Source: an uncultured virus (IMG/VR IMGVR_UViG_3300007609_000011) (taxonomy: Duplodnaviria; Heunggongvirae; Uroviricota; Caudoviricetes). From it: a stretch of 64,000 nt of DNA. Below are positions 60,653-64,000 of the stretch, piece by piece (the stretch's first letter is position 1; each line of letters begins with the position of its first letter). The notes beneath the pieces were generated by a model. It was given only the letters and a program-made list of their open reading frames with translations, had not been told where the DNA came from and did no database searches. A program made the position numbers and the translations under genes. The stretch covers positions 1-64,000 of IMG/VR virus record IMGVR_UViG_3300007609_000011; one strand, 5' to 3'.

Positions 60653-62479
60653 ATGGCATACACAATTAATAAATCAGACGGAACAATATTAGCTTCGGTC
60701 CCTGATGGACAGTTAGATCAGTTTTCGACTGATTTAGCATTAATAGGAAAGAATTATAGCGGTTTCGGCGAAGTTTTCAATGAAAATTTAGTTAAACTTC
60801 TTGAAAATTTTGCAGATAGTTCTGCACCTGATAATCCTATTTCAGGACAATTATGGTTTGATACAACAGAACTCAAATTAAAAGTTTATAGCGGAACAGG
60901 ATTTGTACCGGTTAGTTCCGCTACAATTTCAGAATCTCAACCCTCTGATTTAGGAGCTGGCGATTTATGGTTTAATAACGTTGATAGTCAACTGTACTTT
61001 TTTGATGGAACAAACATTATTCTTTTAGGACCTGATTACAGCTCTAGCCAAGGAATATCGGGATTAAAAGTTGAAAATATCTTAGATACCTTGAATCAAA
61101 ACAGAGTTGTAACTTTTTTATATAATAATGGAATATTATTAGGTATCTTTTCAAAAGACACATTTACACCTAAAAATCCTATTGCTGGGTTCAGTGGAAG
61201 CATTATTCCTGGCTTCAACGCAGGAACATTAGATGGACTAAAGTTTGATGTTACTGTTACTAATTCGGAACAGTTAGGATCACAACCCGCAAGCTCTTAT
61301 GTAAGAAACGATACTTCTAATATTGTTAACGGACAATTAATTCTTGCATCGAATTTAGGACTAATTATAGGTGACGGCTCTCAAGCTCAGGTGTTTGTTA
61401 GTGATGGTAATATTTTCTTTGCAAACATTGCTCGAGAAAAAGATATAAGTTTCAATGTAAGAAAAGCAGTAGAATCAGAATCCGCCATAAAAATAAGTTC
61501 TGCAACACGCCAGGTTAGTATATACGAAGATTTTACAGATAGCAAACTATTTACAGGCGGAGATGTAGAAATCACCGGCGATGTTACCATTAAAGGTAAT
61601 CTAGTAATTAATGACGGGGATGTTGCCCAAATTAAAACTTCAGAATTGTTGGTAGAAAATAAAGCAATTATATTAGCAGAAACTGGAGATAGTGCGTCGA
61701 ACACAGATGAATATGCCGACGGCGGCGGGATGATTTTAAAAGGAGCAAGCCCCCACGAATTTTTATGGAATAGAAATACTGAGGCATGGGAAAGTACTGA
61801 ACATATTAATCTTGCTACAGGCAAAGCAATTAAAGTCAACGGAGTTACTGTAATTGACGGTTCTAGTTTAGGACCAGGTATTACCAGCATTCCGGGTGTA
61901 ACCAGTTTTGGTACGCAGACTACTGTGTCAGTAGGACCTATTTTATCTCCAGGAAATCCTCCAACAACTTATTTGCAAATACAATCTAATAGAATTTCAA
62001 CGGTTACTGATAACTTAGATTTAGAATTAGATCCTAACGGAACTGGAAATATTGCATTAATTGACAGTCCGAAGATTACAGGGTTAGCAGATCCGACATC
62101 TGATCAGGACGCTTCAACTAAAAAGTATGTAGACGATACTGTTGAAAGCAGGCCTTTGGCATTTAGTTTAGATATCTCTGATGGTTTACCAAACTCCGGT
62201 ATTGCGGCAATACTTGAAGACATTGCTCCTGTTGCTGATTATGCAGAAGGAACATATGCAAGGGTTCTTTGCAGTTCTGCATCCAACAGTCCTAACACAG
62301 TTGATGTTCAAAGTAATGTTAGTGTTAACCAAACAGAGGTAAACACTCCAACAGGAACAGCATTTGTTGTAGGTAATTTTGCAATATCTGATGTGACAGT
62401 TCCTGGACAGGCAATATCTATTACCAGGGTAACAAAAATATTTAGAATTGTTTCTGGAGCATGGACGTTTATTTCGTAG
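60653..62479 (+). CDS. Tail fibre-like protein, paralog
   Basis: Shared N-terminal LLENFA...P..GQLWFD domain; DASTKKYVD motif. Confidence 0.8.
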   Translation: MAYTINKSDGTILASVPDGQLDQFSTDLALIGKNYSGFGEVFNENLVKLLENFADSSAPDNPISGQLWFDTTELKLKVYSGTGFVPVSSATISESQPSDLGAGDLWFNNVDSQLYFFDGTNIILLGPDYSSSQGISGLKVENILDTLNQNRVVTFLYNNGILLGIFSKDTFTPKNPIAGFSGSIIPGFNAGTLDGLKFDVTVTNSEQLGSQPASSYVRNDTSNIVNGQLILASNLGLIIGDGSQAQVFVSDGNIFFANIAREKDISFNVRKAVESESAIKISSATRQVSIYEDFTDSKLFTGGDVEITGDVTIKGNLVINDGDVAQIKTSELLVENKAIILAETGDSASNTDEYADGGGMILKGASPHEFLWNRNTEAWESTEHINLATGKAIKVNGVTVIDGSSLGPGITSIPGVTSFGTQTTVSVGPILSPGNPPTTYLQIQSNRISTVTDNLDLELDPNGTGNIALIDSPKITGLADPTSDQDASTKKYVDDTVESRPLAFSLDISDGLPNSGIAAILEDIAPVADYAEGTYARVLCSSASNSPNTVDVQSNVSVNQTEVNTPTGTAFVVGNFAISDVTVPGQAISITRVTKIFRIVSGAWTFIS

Positions 62480-62487
62480 GATAAAAC

Positions 62488-64000
62488 ATGGCATATATTA
62501 TAAACAAATATAATGGAGAAATTTTAGTTTCATTACAAGATGGAACTTTAGACAATAGCACAAGTTTAGGGTTGCTCGGCAGAAACTATACAGGCTATGG
62601 AGAAACCCAGAACGAAAACTTCCTGTTTCTCTTAGAAAATTTTGCAAACGACACTGCTCCTCTGCGTCCGTTAGCTGGCCAGTTGTGGTATGATACAACA
62701 AATGATGTTTTAAAAGTATACGACGAAGCATGGTCTGTTGTAGGCTCGGCAATTGTTGGCACTGAACTTCCAGATACCGCAGTTAACGGAAGTTTGTTTT
62801 TAAAAAACAACGAGGAAAAACAGTTTTATGTTTATGCCGATAATGACTGGCAACTTATTGGGCCGAGTTTTGTTGAAGGGTTTGGTGTAACAAGAGATGT
62901 AGGGTTATCTATTGTAGATACTCAGGGTGTTTCACACCCTGCTATATTAAGAATTGTCGATAATATTGTTATTAGTATAACATCTAGCGATGATTTTTCT
63001 TTTAGATATGCAGATCAAGACAGTATTTCTGTAACAGGAAATCAAAATTTGGTTAGATCTATATCTCAAGGAATTAATGTTGTTGAATCTAATTATCCGT
63101 TTGTAGGCAATCTTCAAGGAACGGCGCAGTTTGCTGACCAATTAAAAACTCCCAGAAGTATCAATGGTGTTCAATTCGATGGAACACAGGATATAACGAT
63201 CTCCTCGGCAACAACTAATTCACTCATTGCTGGAGATTATATATCAGGAAACAGCTTTGACGGATCGAGCGATGCTACATGGAGCGTTTTTGCTACACCT
63301 AACAATACTGTAGGTGCTATTGTAGCGAGAGATAATTCAGGGAACTTCACTGCCAACGAAATCACTGCCGATCTTGTAGGGGATGTTACAGGAAATATTA
63401 CTGCATCGTCTGGAACAAGCACGTTCAACCGCTTAGAAGCTAACGAAATTGTAGGATTGACTTTTTCAGGAAACTCTTTTACTGCACAAAAACTTCAAAC
63501 AGCTAGAAAAATAAATGGTGTAGATTTTGATGGCACAACAGATATTACTGTTCCTGCAAGTGCTAATACATTAACAGGAAATACACTTGCTTCTGGAGTA
63601 ACAGAAAGTAATTTACAAACATTAGGAACAATCTCCAGCTTAGATATCGGTACAACTGGAATAAATGTTAACAATTTAATGACAATATCTGCCAATGATA
63701 CACCTACAGTTTCGGCAGATTCAGAAATTGATCTAACAATAGGTATTAATTCTCCTCTTAAATTAGTCGATGGAGATAAAGCATCGATTCTAGGCGGAGA
63801 TGACGTTTTAACTTTATATTCTCAGTCTATAAATATTGGAATTCCTTCGGTTCCTATTAAAAAAATATACGCTAATGAGTTAAATGGTGTTGCCTCAAGC
63901 GCACAGTATGCCGATTTAGCAGAAAACTATGAATCGGATTTAGAATATCAACCAGGGACTGTTGTTATTTTCGGAGGATCGCATCAAATAACACACAGTG
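62488..64000 (+). CDS. Tail fibre protein with YADLAE autoproteolytic/chaperone-type domain (runs off the right edge)
   Basis: Absent from the ORF track. ATG 62488 (MAYIINKYNG...LLENFA...GQLWYD), RxINGVxFDGTxDIT repeats, in-frame AQYADLAENY at 63901. Confidence 0.85.
   Translation, partial: MAYIINKYNGEILVSLQDGTLDNSTSLGLLGRNYTGYGETQNENFLFLLENFANDTAPLRPLAGQLWYDTTNDVLKVYDEAWSVVGSAIVGTELPDTAVNGSLFLKNNEEKQFYVYADNDWQLIGPSFVEGFGVTRDVGLSIVDTQGVSHPAILRIVDNIVISITSSDDFSFRYADQDSISVTGNQNLVRSISQGINVVESNYPFVGNLQGTAQFADQLKTPRSINGVQFDGTQDITISSATTNSLIAGDYISGNSFDGSSDATWSVFATPNNTVGAIVARDNSGNFTANEITADLVGDVTGNITASSGTSTFNRLEANEIVGLTFSGNSFTAQKLQTARKINGVDFDGTTDITVPASANTLTGNTLASGVTESNLQTLGTISSLDIGTTGINVNNLMTISANDTPTVSADSEIDLTIGINSPLKLVDGDKASILGGDDVLTLYSQSINIGIPSVPIKKIYANELNGVASSAQYADLAENYESDLEYQPGTVVIFGGSHQITHS

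Noticed and set aside
1..64000. Stop-codon reassignment, inteins, tRNAs
   Set aside because: TAA, TAG and TGA all end tightly packed genes and very long ORFs are intact in the standard code. No intein motifs or tRNA cloverleafs were recognised by eye.

Overview
This window is a segment of a large, AT-rich T4-superfamily (contractile-tailed) phage genome read in the standard genetic code, and it holds most of the virion morphogenesis genes. The minus strand (~1-28 kb) carries a tape-measure-like gene, portal (gp20), a sialyltransferase/MptE-like gene, prohead core proteins, protease (gp21), major capsid (gp23), a cluster of small paralogous structural genes and two giant paralogous fibre/adhesin proteins. 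The centre (~28-34.5 kb) has a gp26-like hub chaperone with a probable -1 frameshift extension, a ~480-nt highly structured non-coding region, a GIY-YIG endonuclease, an Hc1-like basic protein, gp46/gp47 and a gp55-like late sigma factor. The plus strand (34.6-64 kb) is the baseplate and fibre module: gp48/54-, gp53-, gp27-, gp5-, gp25- and gp6-like genes, a 4650-aa protein and three paralogous fibres. The most notable unexplained elements are (1) a candidate large pseudoknotted ncRNA directly downstream of the GIY-YIG nuclease, followed by direct repeats and DNA mini-hairpins; (2) a programmed -1 frameshift joining gp26-like and gp51-like frames; (3) apparently leaderless late transcripts (TAAATA-N4-5-ATG); and (4) two structured late 5' leaders. 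All protein calls come from motif recognition and gene order, not database searches.
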